The notes under the pieces were generated by a model, which was given only the letters and a program-made list of their open reading frames with translations, ran no database searches and had not been told where the DNA came from. A stretch of 64,000 nt of DNA from Azolla caroliniana (lineage: Eukaryota > Plantae > Polypodiophyta): contig JBHGNT010000006.1 of assembly GCA_043228905.1 (NCBI GenBank), positions 7,564,001 to 7,628,000 of the forward strand, in the 5' to 3' direction. The position numbers were made by a program, and so were the translations under genes. Below are positions 50,001 to 62,496 of this stretch, in pieces (position 1 is the first letter of the stretch; the number at the start of each line of letters is the position of its first letter).

Positions 50001-53000
50001 GGTTTAGTACGGACGTTGTTAAGTGGCTCAACGTTGGCATGGTTCGCTCCACTGTTGGAAAAGGAGTCTCCATTACTCAACAACTTTGAAGAGTTTATAG
50101 GTGAGTTTAAAGCATGCTTTGGGGATACTAACAGCATAAGGACCGCAATCAACAAAATCCGACGATTACGCCAAGGAGACCGTCCAGCCTCCGCATACTC
50201 TGCAGATTTCCGCCTACTCGCCGCTGACATCCCTTGGGATGATCAAGCGTTGATGGAGCAATTTCGTTATGGTGTACGCAACGATGTCAAGGATTTACTC
50301 TTGACTTTCCCTGAAGAGCCAAAGTCCTTAACAGAAGCAATCAGTCGCGCGGTGAGATGTGACAACCGCCTCTTTGAGCGACGTTCAGAACGACAGCTAC
50401 AGATGCCGAGGGCAAGATCAGAGCCCACCTACGCCTCAATGGTAGCAAAACCTTTACCGAGGGAGTACTATAATGTGCCTCCAGTGAATACTCCGACTCC
50501 GATGGAGATTGACACTACACGTCGTCGAGGGCCATTATCCGAAGAAGAAAAGCAGCGACGCCGAACAAATCGACTATGTCTCTACTGCGGTGGACCAGGA
50601 CACATTGCAATAAATTGTCCCCATAGGCCAAGAAGACAGGTAAACCAAATAGTCGCTAGTTCTAATTGTATTAAACCCGAACCTATTACAGTAGGGATAT
50701 CTGATAGTACTAATAGTACTAATAGCCTAGATCTAGCTAACAAATTTGATGTCCTTAGTCAGTTAGAAGAACAGTTAAACGACTAAGTCCAGCCAAAATA
50801 GGAGCCGTTTGGTTGGACAACCCTAGATCTGTGCAGCCCATTAGTGGTTCCATTCCGTCTAAGCAAGTTAGCAATGTGTTTGTAGCCCAAGTAACAGTTA
50901 GTACTAAAAGTACCCCTCTAGTACACGTCTTAGCACTTCTAGACTCCGGAGCTAATTCTTGCTTTATGGATAGGAATTTTGCGCAAGCTCATTAGATATC
51001 CCTTAGAAAACTCCCGTGTCCAGCCTCTATAGTTGTCATTGATGGTCGTCCCATTGCTTCCGGAAATATCATAGAAGAGTCAAAACCTGTTAATATTGTC
51101 CTAGATAACTTAGCATGTGTAGTATCATTTAACATTATTAGTATCCCAGAACATCCCATCATTTTGGGATTACCATGGTTCGAGTTAAATAACCCAGACA
51201 TAGATTGGAGAACAAAAGAAATCCAGTGTCGACAAACCCGAGGATCTACTCAAAAGATTGCCACCATTTCACTACATCAGTTGCGGGAAGAAGGACGCAA
51301 GGAAGAAATGTTTCTCTTCGCAATATCACTAAAACCCTCCGACACCATTACAGAGGAGTCCACCGTTCAGCTTCCAAAGAAGTATCATCATTATGCCGAT
51401 GTATTCGATAAAGTACAAGCCAATACGCTTCCTCACCATCGACCATATGATTGCCCCATTGATTTACAACCGGGGAAAGAGACACCATGGGGACCGATCT
51501 ACAATTTCTCACCAACCGAGCTAGAAGTTCTTCGAGCCTATATAGAGGAGAATTTGGAGAATGGATTCATTCGACATTCGAAATCTCCAGTCGGCGCACC
51601 CATTTTCTTCGTCAAGAAAAAGGATGGCTCACTTCTTCTGGTGGTAGATTACCGTGGCTTGAATAAAGTTACAATCCGCAATAGGTATGCACTTCCCCTT
51701 ATCTCAAGTCTTTTAGAACGGATCAATGGTGCCAGGTTCTTCACAAAGATCGACTTACGGGGGGCCTATAACCTCATACGGATCCGACCAGGAGATGAAT
51801 GGAAGACCGCGTTCCGCACTATATATGGGCACTTCGAGTATACGGTCATGCCGTTCGGCCTCACTAATGCGCCAGCAATCTTCCAACACATGGCAAATGA
51901 TATATTCCGAGATCTCTTGGATGTGTGTCTGATCATCTACTTGGATGATCTACTGGTTTATTCAAAGACAGAAGAAGAGCATGATTCTCATGTACTGTTA
52001 GTACTAAAACGACTTCGAGAACATAGTCTTTAGGCAAAGCTAGAAAAATGTAGTTTTGGGTGCAACCAGGTGGAATTTCTCGGCTACGTCATTTCATCAA
52101 AAGGCATCTCCATGGACCCAGCTAAGGTCAAGATGGTGGTAGAATGGCAGACTCCGCGCTCGGTGCGGGATGTGTAATGCTTTTTAGGCTTTGCCAATTT
52201 TTACCGGAAGTTTATACAAGATTACTCAAAGCTCGTTCTGCCTCTCACACAGCTTACCAGGAAGGGACAATCGTTCATTTGGTCTAAAGAAGTAGATATG
52301 GCTTTCAAGAGTCTTAAAAAGGCATTTACATTGGCTCCAATTCTAGCTCATGTCGATCCGGAAAAACCATTCATTATCGAAGCTGACGCATCGGATTTCG
52401 CATTGGGGAGCATTCTGTCACAACGAGGTAATGATGAGAAGCTACATCCTGTGGTTTTTCACTCATGCAAGTTTGACGCCGCCGAAATCAACTACAAAAT
52501 TCATGATAAGGAGCTATTGGCAATAGTGGACTCGTTTATGCAATGGAGGCATTTTTTAGAGGGATCCTCTCATCAAGTCACCGTATTCAATGACCATAAA
52601 AACCTTGCCTATTTTCAGGATGCTCGTGTGTTAAATCGACGTCAAGCTCGGTGGGCCCACTTTCTCACGCCTTTCGACTTCAAAATTACATATCGTCCAG
52701 GGAAGCACCAAGGGAAGGCAGATGCATTATCACGACGTTCGTATCTAACACCGCGTCCCGGCGAGCCAACTTTCGATAACCAAAATCAAGTAATCTTGGG
52801 ACCGACACGACTACAAGCAACGCAGGTTTTTGGCATGCCCCTAGATTCCCACGTTATCAATATCATACGTGCGGACCTGAAGATAGATGCTTTCGCCCAA
52901 GCTATACTAGCACAAATTGATCCCCCTCGAGCGTCGTGTTCACAGTCGCAACCACCAGGTACGGACTATCGGCAATTCAAATACCATGATGGATTACTCT

Positions 53001-54792
53001 TCTTTAAAGAACTTTTGTATGTTCCTAATGGTTCTTGCCGCCTTCGAGTAGTACAAAACTGTCATGACACATATACAGTTGGGCATTTTGGTAGTACTAA
53101 AACATTAGACTTAGTACAACGATCATTCTGGTGGCCCCGTATGTGACAATTTGTCGAAGATTTTGTTCGGACTTGTGATACATGCCGCAAAGTGAAAATG
53201 CTAAGGCATCATTCATATGGTTTATTAGAACCATTACCAATTCCAAGCAAGTCGTGGCAATCCATTGCTCTAGACTTCATCACAGATCTTCTAGACTCTA
53301 AGGGGTTCAATGCGATTCTAACATTGGTAGATCGATATACGAAGATGGCTCATTTCTTGCCATGTACTAAGGAAATCTCCAGTGAAGACACCACCGAAAT
53401 TGTCATGCGGGAAGTATGTCGGCATCATGGACTTCCCGATAGTATCATCAGCGACCGTGGACCCCAGTTCGTGTCAAAATTTTGGAAGCACCTTTTTAAA
53501 ATGCTCAAGGTCACTTGTAACCTCTCCTCCAGCTACCACCCACAAACCGACGGCCAAGCCGAACGAACAAATCAAACGCTGGAGCAGTATCTGCGATGCT
53601 TTCTCAGCTATCATCAGGATAATTGGGCAGATATTCTCCACTTCGCCGAATTTGCCTATAATAACTCTATCCACGCATCGACTAAAGTTATGCCATTTTA
53701 TGCTTATACGGGATGTCATCCTCGGTGGAGTGTAGTTGAAACCCCAGAGGTGTCCACAAATCCTTGCGCGGAGGATCGTTTGGAGCAGTTACGCAAGATA
53801 TAGGTAGATTTATCTACTCATCTCCAGCAAGCTCAACAAACACATAAGGTCTACGCGGATCGTCATCTACTTCCATCTAGTTTTAACATTGGAGATCGGG
53901 TGTGGCTGCTACGATGACACATCAAGACTACTCACCCATGTGAGAAGTTGGATTATCAGCGATTAGGTCCTTTCCGTATTATCGGAAAAATTAATGATGT
54001 CGCTTTTCGTCTCGATCTACCTCCTCGACTTCGGATACATCCGGTGTTTCATAGTTCTCTCCTTGAACCCTATCACAAGAGCACCATCCCAGGACGTATT
54101 ATACAACCTCCACCCCCGATCGAGCTTGAAGATGGACCAAAGTACGAGGTTTCCGCCATCCTTGATTCCAAGATTGTTCGCAACAAGCTCTACTATCTAG
54201 TCAATTGGCTAGGCTATAGTCCCAACGAATGTACTTGGGAACCGATCGAGAATGTGACCAATGCGTGTGCGCTTCTTGAAGACTTCCATCGTCAATATCC
54301 ACACAAACCGGGTCCTCCATCCAAAACGACTCGTGACACTCGTCGTAAGGGTGGATAGTGTCATGATATGGCAAGACTCGAACCCATGACCTTAGGTTAT
54401 ATGGGTCGAGCTCTTGACCATTATATCATCTATTGTAATACATAAGATATTATTTTCATTTACATTTTATTATAGGAAATTAATGTATATTCTAGATTTC
54501 TCTGGAACATTCTAGAAGCTTCGGGATTACTCCTGAGAACACTATAAAAGAGGGCACTAGGCATTATGTTGAACCAAATTAGTTCAACGCCAGGCTTTAG
54601 CCTCATAGCCCTTTTGTACTTACTCTTCTTATAATATATAATCTGTTATCATCATCACTCTCTCTCTCTCGTCCTCTGTCGGGAGTCTTACGCAGTCCCA
54701 TCCTCTTAGTACTAATAGTACTTCCCTTCTCTAGTACTAATTCTCTCTTTGTTTAGTACTAATCCTCTCTCTGTTCAGTACTATTCCTAACA
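44057..54792 (+). mobile_element. Gypsy chromovirus G (Tcn1/Tf1-like), full length and decayed
   Basis: LTRs 44057-44556 and 54359-54792; TSD CAATT; PPT AAGGGTGGATAG; gag 44626-44955 plus 49965-50786 (CCHC); PR LLDSGA; RT YLDD; RH ADASD/DKELLA; IN; chromodomain YEVSAILDS..YYLVNWLGY..TWEP. Confidence 0.95.
44956..49959 (-). mobile_element. Copia element H (Ale-like), full length, short LTRs with TG..TA termini, inserted in the gag of G
   Basis: LTRs 49779-49959 and 44956-45148; TSD AAATG (removal restores IQMHP); PBS TGGTATCAGAGC 49767-49778; PPT at 45149-45160; long pol ORFs 45983-47806 and 45156-45914. Confidence 0.95.
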
Positions 54793-54884
54793 CAATTAGA
54801 GCCTCGGAGGCAACAACCTCGAGCTCTGTATCTTCGCCAACCGGCAGTTACAACAGAGTGTTGCTCTGTATCTCACTCTCTCCC

Positions 54885-54923
<39 letters not shown>

Positions 54924-55984
54924 CTCTCTCTCTCTCTCTCTCTCTCTCCCCTTTGCCATTGCGTGTAACAGCTCTCTCTGTCGTTCCCGTCGTCTCCAAC
55001 CATTGTCTATTGCTGTTGTTGCCGCCGTTGGCCGTCTACCACCATCGTCGTAGTCTTCGTCTACCGTCGTTGGTTCTTGGTCATTGTCGTTGCCGTTGTT
55101 GTCGTGTGTAGTCGTTACCACTGTCGTCGTTGTCGGTCGCCACTATCACCCTACGCTTCTGACAACGTCATCGGTTGAGTAAACGAGAGAGCATACATGT
55201 GCTTCTACACTCGTACGTAGCGCGCAAGGCGTCGAATTACAACATACTTCTAGACGAAACCATAAGGAAACACACGAAGAAATTATAAGTAAGGAGGAAT
55301 TTTAAGATGTCCTTAACCGATTAGTTAAAATAGAAAAATGGGCGAAAGAGATTGAAGCCGAAAAACAAAAAGATAAGGAAGAAAGAAAACTGATGTTGCT
55401 GAAGTAGCGAAACTTAAAGTGACTCCGATCCTAGAACGCAAAGATTGCATCGAATGGGGTTTAAGCCATTGAAATCAGACTCTTCCTTTTTCATTCGGTA
55501 GAGTTAGACCGCACCCATTAGCATTCTACTATATGTCAATGATTTAGTCATCACCAACGCCAACCTGGAGGAAATCGGCCGAGTCAAGTCTCAGCTAACG
55601 ACATCATTCGAGATGAAGGATTTGGGAGACCTTCATTAACTCCTTGGGATCTAAGTGATCAGAACTCCCGAAGGCATATTGACCAACCAACGCCATTATG
55701 TGTTGAATATGCTCTTGAAATTCAGCATGGCGAATTGTAAATCCATCTCGAATCCTCTTGACAAGAACATCAAGCTTTGCCTCGGGTCGAGGATGACTTG
55801 TGACGTGACGCAATTCCGACAGATTGTCTAAAGCCTTCTATATACTTGACCATCACCCGACTGAACCTTAGCTATTTGATCGGTTTGATCAGTCAATTTA
55901 TGTCACAACCGACGTCCAACCACCTTTAGTGTGCACATTGAATCTTACGATATGTGAGCAGCACAAAGGATAGAGGGTTTCTAT

Positions 55985-56601
55985 TGTTGGGAAATGAGTC
56001 CCTCTAGATGGGAAGAGGAGCATGAGTCGAAGAAAAGGGAGAACCGAATCAGTTGATAGCAACTCGACCAAGGTCGACAAGTCAAACCGATTGTTCAATT
56101 CGGTCGTGGCCAAAAACTGAATCTGAATCAATTTGGCTAATAGCTGAATCGGTTGAAGCAAATTCGGGGCTATATCTGTAAATAGAGTTAATGGTGCCCT
56201 TGTGGGGTATATTCGTAAATAGCGTTGAATGTTGTATTAGTATAAATACAACTAGGCAATCATTATATGATGATGATCATTGTTGTATAGTTACTATTGG
56301 TTGCTGCCATTGTAACTAAGAGAGTAAGAGGGAGAGAGAGAGTGGTAACTCAGCTACTATCTGTTAGACGAAGATGAGCTCGAGGTCGTTGTTTCCAAGT
56401 CTCCCTATATTGCTCTTTATATATAGTGATTTGTTTCTTGGGGTTTGTGGATCCCCGTGGTTTTTCCCTTTCGGGTTTTCCACGTAAAAACACCTGTGTC
56501 TCTGTATTTTTGTTATCGATTTGTCTATGTACTGTCATTCTCGATCTTTGCACCCGCATATGAATACGCACTAACCAGTTGTGGCCGGTCGATTCTCAAC
56601 A
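55985..56601 (+). mobile_element. Solo LTR (Tork-like family) inserted at the RT/RH junction of B
   Basis: TGTTGGG..CTCAACA; TSD TCTAT/GCTAT; removal restores a DRGxLYRAGVVEQLVNYTDANW reading. Confidence 0.85.
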
Positions 56602-57260
56602 GCTATATCGGGCAGGTGTAGTTGAACAACTAGTCAACTACACAGACGCCAATTGGGCCGGAAGCGCGAGTGATTGTCGATCGACATCAAGATATGCTTT
56701 CTCCTTGGGGAGTGCGGTGGTCTCTTGGGAGAATAAAGTCGAGAAGACTTGGGCTGAGAGAGTCATAGGCTGGATAGAAGACAAATCAGAGACAACCGAT
56801 TCAAATGAGAAGAGTGATTCGAACAAGCCGAATCATGTAAAGTCCAAGCAAACGAGAAGGGAACCGAAGACAATGCCAAGGCAAGAGAGCCGATAGATCG
56901 TGAGGCATCGAAGTTGCAGAGGCAAGAAGAAGGCCAACGAGGACCTCATGAGCAAACAAGTCGACCAAGTAGGTCGAGGAACACGGGACCAAACGGGTCA
57001 TGGAGCACGAACAAGAAGGCAAGCAACTAGGAGATGCTGGAGTCATGGATCAGATGGAGTTGATGAAGAACCTCATTTTTGAGCTTGAGGGGGAGTGTTG
57101 AGAGACAAGCTCAACATGAGTCGAATGGCTTAAGGCCGGTAGGTCGATCGGTTTAGGAAGCCGACAACCGAGTCGACTAATGAGAGTCGGCTAAAGAAGT
57201 TGACAATTGGTCGACTGAGGAACAAGTCGATGAGGCGTTAGGGCCTATATTCCCGTTCAT

Positions 57261-57640
57261 TGTTCTTTCTAGGTCGAACTAGCCACAAACACAAGGTGTC
57301 CTTCCGGATCACTTCACCATAGGTGTGGTTAGGGTTAGGATGCTCCGATTGTTTAACACGCGTAAGATTTATGATTTAAGCGCAGACACGTTACTTAATT
57401 AATTCCAAAACTTATATTACTTCCGTAGTTCTTTACATTGCGTCGGATTCTTTTATAGGCCTCCTGTCTAAATACAAAACGGTGCCATATATGGCAACCG
57501 GCTATGAATTGGTTTGGATCCGGATTGGTACAACTATTCCGGATCCGTCCGTTTCGAATCATATTTCTAATTAAATAATTATCTACTTATTTCGGCTCGC
57601 CCCTTTCCCACTTGCTCCTTGGATCATACTCCGGCCAACA
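57261..57640 (-). mobile_element. Solo LTR (380 bp) inside the 3' LTR of B
   Basis: TGTT..AACA termini; perfect TSD TTCAT; TATA-like TATAAAAAG on the minus strand. Confidence 0.85.
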
Positions 57641-57938
57641 TTCATAGTAATGGGAATATTTTAGAAGTGTCAATAGCTCAGTTGTGAGCATTGAAGTACC
57701 TCTCAGTACTTCTGTTTGTCCTTTTGAGGACATGTAAAAAGAGTGCTCAATGACTATCTTGTTAATTGTAAACTTCTGCATCTTATTTTTCTACATACAC
57801 ACCCATTATCTGCCTTATAATGGTCGTATTCACATCTTAGCTTAAAGGGCAGTTGCCCTAGTTCAGTGAGTATATAACTGAATTTGTGACTAGTTTGTAG
57901 AGATGACGCAGATGTTGTCATTCTTTCTGTTTTGTGTG

Positions 57939-58000
<62 letters not shown>

Positions 58001-58159
58001 TTGTTCTTGTTTATCTTGCTAAGTTGTCTCTATTTCACTTTGGTCATCTTGTTTATGTCTATCACTCATGATGTTCTTCATACCATAGCGTTGTTTTAGT
58101 TTATCTTCACTAATGACCGTCTCCAACACTATCCCTATCCTTGCACAAATTTCTATCAC

Positions 58160-58292
58160 AATCTATCGATTGCAACATTCATCCATAAAGTTCTTGAACA
58201 TTGAGAGTCACTACTCACTTTCACATGTATTAATATGTGAAATGTAATATTTGACGGGCAAAGACGATAATAAGATATATCTATTTATCTCT
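58160..58292 (+). mobile_element. Short 3'-end fragment of the LINE 2 family
   Basis: TCGATTGCAACATTCAT..AAAGTTCTTGAACA..GAGAGTCACTACTCACTTTCACA..AAAGACGATAATA matches 40781-40905. Confidence 0.85.
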
Positions 58293-58317
58293 TTGGTAAG
58301 AGAAACAACAAAGGGTG

Positions 58318-58900
58318 ACATACATAGATAGCTATTTTTAGCATCCGTGGAGAGGCCATCATTGACCCATGGGACCTAAGTACAAAATTTTTCTTGATGT
58401 GTGACTCCTTCCTAAGAAAGATATTCATACTTGAAGCACCAAGTCTTGATGTGTGAATAAGGCATACAAATATGAGCTCAACCTTCTCGGTGTTCACTTT
58501 AGTGTGACACTCAAGTCATCACCCCCTCTTAGTTTATCATCATAGCTTTCACAAACTGCACTATATGCAAAGCATGTATAAAACAAGTAATACTCGTTCT
58601 CCATGAGCCCTTCCTTGCATACCTTACTTGCCTTTATATTTGGTTGATTTTTATGCCATAATGCAACTTTAATACCCAAGTTGTGTGATCCAATGCAAAG
58701 GAGTGTTAGGGCTCTACGAGAGTTAATACTCATGTTAGTAATGAGGTAAGGTTGAATAAGATCAACAAGCCTTCTTGCTTTGTATAGAACCCAACATTCA
58801 AGATTGATGTTTGCAATGTGACATCCCAATTTTGTTCTTTTAACATCTTCCACTTCTTCCTCACTGGTTTCATTAATCTTCCCACAATAACTATATATTT
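58318..58900 (-). mobile_element. Degenerate RTEX-type LINE 3' fragment
   Basis: LCIGSHNLGIKVALW..KVCKEGLMENEYYLFYTC in ORF 58494-58853; 3' stem-loop variant GTCCCATGGGTCAATGATGGCCT (58375-58353) followed by a TATCTATG tail. Confidence 0.7.
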
Positions 58901-59469
58901 CATGGCATCACTTGAAAGGTCTACTCCATTAATCTTTCCTCAATAACTACATCTTTTATAGCATCACTTGAAAGCATTTGAGAGAGAGAGATGAACATTA
59001 GAGGACACAAGAGCATATATTCAACCCTTACATATTAGAGGTCCCCCTAGTGAAATAGATGGGTTTCAAATCCAGGCCTAAGGTAAGATTATAATATGAT
59101 CTATCGTCTTCCACTAATGTAGGCATGTCCATGGAGGAAGGCAAATTTTGAACAATCTTTTCTTTTCTTTATTTGGTACAATGCATTGGTCACTCTCCCC
59201 CTTTTTTTCTCTCAATCACATTTTATTTACATTCACATTTACATTCTCATCCTTTTACCCTCTCAAATACATTTTGTTTACATTGTATTTATCTACATCA
59301 ACTTGCCTCACAGAAAATGTCAACTTGTGCAACGTATTAAGAATAGTATTTTTTCAAAGTGTTTAGACATATGACTTTGGTGAACATGTTACATTTACAT
59401 TGTATCATCACCCTTTGATTGTGTCCCAAAAAATGTCATTGTACACTATCTCATATTGAACAAATTTGT

Positions 59470-62330
59470 TGTTATAGAATAGACTATTAAGCAAGATCAA
59501 AGAGCAATTAGATATTAACCCAGATCACTAGTCACATATCAATATAATCTCTATATAGAACTCATAGGCTATGCTCTTATATATATATATTCCCAAAATG
59601 ATTCAGATACATGAATTTATGACCCACCAGATGATGGGATGCATGCATACTATTTACATCATGAAGTCTTGTTAACTAAAGCTTAAGACTCAGATAGATA
59701 TGACATGACTCATTACATGCATGAATTCATAACACTCCTATTACGGGCATGACCATCAAAGATCCCGTGGTGAGAATTTACCATAGTATTCTATACATGT
59801 GGATAAGTGTGAGGGTTAAACGAGAGTGTAAAGAAGGGGAGGATTACTTTTAATCCTCAGGATTGAGACAACCCATTAGGCCAAGTGTGAACTTGCCTGG
59901 GGGCCTTGGGTATCGTTATAAATAAGAGGCCTAGCTACCCTCATTTGATCATCTTGTTGACTACGTCGAGACTCTGTCTTGTGGTGGGTCAACTCTTGTA
60001 GCGAGCGCACCAGCACCAAGTACGACTCGACGCCACGGCGGTGGTATGGGACGCCGATCAAGGCTTGAGTTCGTCTTGATCCCTTCGCTCGGAGGTGGTC
60101 GGGTGGATCGGCACCCTTCTTTCTCTCTCTCCTTTCTATCTATTTATCTATTTTCTATCCTTATCTCATGCTTACCTTAGTCTATGTCTCTAACAACTCC
60201 CCCTCATCTCATCATCATTGTTTTAGCTCATCAACTCTGATAATCTTCTGAGTGCAAGAGAAGGAATGTTTTGCCAATGTTTTGATGCAAGTAAGCTTTT
60301 GGTAAAACTATCTGCCAAGTTCTTCCTTGATGTAATAGGTTGAATATTGATATAATTATCATTGAGCTCACGAGTAAAGAAAAACTTGGGAGAAATATGT
60401 TTGATTCGATCATCTTTAATGAAGCCCTTCTTGAGTTGACTAATGCAAGCATACTTATCTTCATGGATAACAATCGGTAATGAGGGGCTGATAAAACTGC
60501 AAGAACTTTCAATATGCCCGATTAAGCGTTGTAACCATAGGCATTCTCGGTTTTTCATGTAATGCCAAAATCTCAACATGTTTTGAAGATGTTGCAGCCA
60601 ATGTTTGCTTTGTCTATCACCAAGAGATCGTTGTGCCAACAATAAGGAAAACATAACCTGTTTGTGATCTGCCAACATGAGGGTCAGATAAGAACCCATC
60701 GTTAAGACTAACCTGTCAATTGACCGTGCATAGAACCACTGGTAAAGAAAAGACGCATATCTTCAGTGCCTGGTAAATATCGGAATATTTGCTTAATTCC
60801 AGTCAAGTGTAGCCTGATAGGATCGTGACTATACCGAGCCAACAAATTGACAACGAACAAAATGTTTGGACGCGTACAATTAGCTAAGTACATAAGTGCA
60901 CCAACATTGGCCATGTAAGGATACAGTGGTCCCAATGCTGAGTCATTAGAAGATCTTGGCCGAAATGGGTCACGAGAAGGATCCAGAGAGCGCACTACCA
61001 TAGAAGTTCTAATAGAATGAGGTTGATCTATAGAAAACCGTTTTAATATTCCATGGATATAAGAGCTCTAATGAAGAAGAATTCCATTCGATAGGTGCTT
61101 GATCTGAAGACCCAAGTAGAATGTAGTTAAACCGAGGTCTTTCATTTCAAATTGGTGGCTAAGCAGAGCAACAACATATTCAATAGCATTGGATGTTCCA
61201 ATCATATTGAAATCATCAACATAAATAGCGACGATGACAAATTCTCTGAGATGATGCTTGATAAATATGCAAGGACAAATATCATCATTCTTAAATCCAT
61301 GAGAAAGAAGATATTGAGAGAGATGTTGATACCACATACAATTGGCTTCTTTAAGTCCATAAAGTGACTTACATAACTTGATCGATGGATTGTGAAATTT
61401 TCCAAGCTCCATAGATTTGCAAAGTTCTTCATGCTATATCTTTATCCAAATCACCATAAAGATAAGTTGTAACCACATCCATGAGACGCGTATGAAGACT
61501 TCGTTGAACAGTAAAATGAATCAGTAGAAACTCGTTGCATCCATAACCGGAGAATATGTATCAGTATAATCAAATACCAAATCGTTGCATGAAACCTTGA
61601 GCAACAAACCTTGCCTTATAACGAATAACTTCCTTTATCATTACGCTTCCGCACAAAAACCCAATGATAGCCAATAAGTGTATGACCAATAGGCAAATAG
61701 GGGTCTCTTGAATTTTACCAAAAACTCCTCGTTTGAGAAGACTATTTAGCTCAACTAGAATAGCTTCTTTCCACTTATCCCAAAAAAAGAGATGCTTTTG
61801 CTTCTTGAATAGTTTGAGGATCTAATTCATTCATGAAAGCTGTTGCGACATAGAAAATGAAGATATCATTAACCTCTTGTCATGTTATTAACTTAGAATT
61901 AGCATAATTAGCAATCAGAGACTCTTCACTAATTGTCTTATTTGATACTATAGGAACTTCAATTTTAGCCTCAGTTGTTGGTTTTCACTTTCTTAATTGT
62001 TTATCTTTTGCTCCAATAGGTCGTCCACGCTTCCTTTGAGATTCTACGACATGTGTCGGTGATTCGCCAATCGAAATATTTTTTTCTTTGTTTGAAAACA
62101 AAAAAGAACATCTTGAGCTCATTTTCGCCCGTGGATTCAGTACCGAAATTCGAGTTGGCACATTCATAGCAGGATTAATGTTAGAGACCTTCATATTGAA
62201 AGTGTTAACAAAAGCATCTGGTGCATTGTTGGCAATATTTTGTAGATGTAATCTTTGTTGAAATTCTTTCTCCTCCTCTCTAGTATAAGGTGTCGAATAC
62301 ATGTGTATAATGGACGTATTCACACTATCC
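59470..62330 (-). mobile_element. Copia element (Bianca-like): 3' LTR 59470-59734, PPT, and decayed RT/RH and IN linker, cut by J
   Basis: KHISPKFFFTREL, NLADSFTKSL, MVVRSLDPSRDPFRPR, RKRGRPIGAKDK; LTR TGTTATG..TATAACA on the element strand. Confidence 0.8.
59739..60195 (+). mobile_element. Solo LTR inserted at the LTR/PPT junction of the Bianca-like element
   Basis: TATTAC..CTAACA termini; TSD ACTCC (59734-59738, 60196-60200); internal TATAAATA. Confidence 0.75.
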
Positions 62331-62458
62331 TGTTTTGGCCATTTATGTAATTAGCATAAAGGGTAATTGCCCTAAGTCAGTCACTATATATAGTGACCTT
62401 GTAACCTTTTTGTAAGGTTGGCTGTTGTATTGTTGTTTTGTGAAAGAAAGAGTCTTTT

Positions 62459-62496
<38 letters not shown>

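Larger units (their letters stand above)
43866..54890 (-). mobile_element. LTR F (Tork-like family), pieces 43866-44056 and 54793-~54890, split by gypsy G
   Basis: Starts TG within the IN-RT linker of E; carries ACGTGGAAAACCC..GAAAAACCAC; sequence is continuous across the TSD of G. Confidence 0.65.
21614..57795 (+). mobile_element. Copia element B, outermost host of a 36-kb nest. Pieces: 21614-22968, 23957-25134, 30977-31477, ~55430-55984, 56602-57795
   Basis: 5' LTR 21614-22052 plus PBS TGGTATCAAAGC; matching 3' LTR 57096-57795 after PPT GAGGGGGAG; TSD TATAC/TACAC (1 mismatch); degenerate gag, PR, IN, RT and RH fragments in colinear order. Confidence 0.85.

Noticed and set aside
59739-60195. 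Cassandra-type 5S rRNA in the LTR
   Set aside because: No 5S A/IE/C-box match (AGTTAAGC..GGATGGGTGACC) seen
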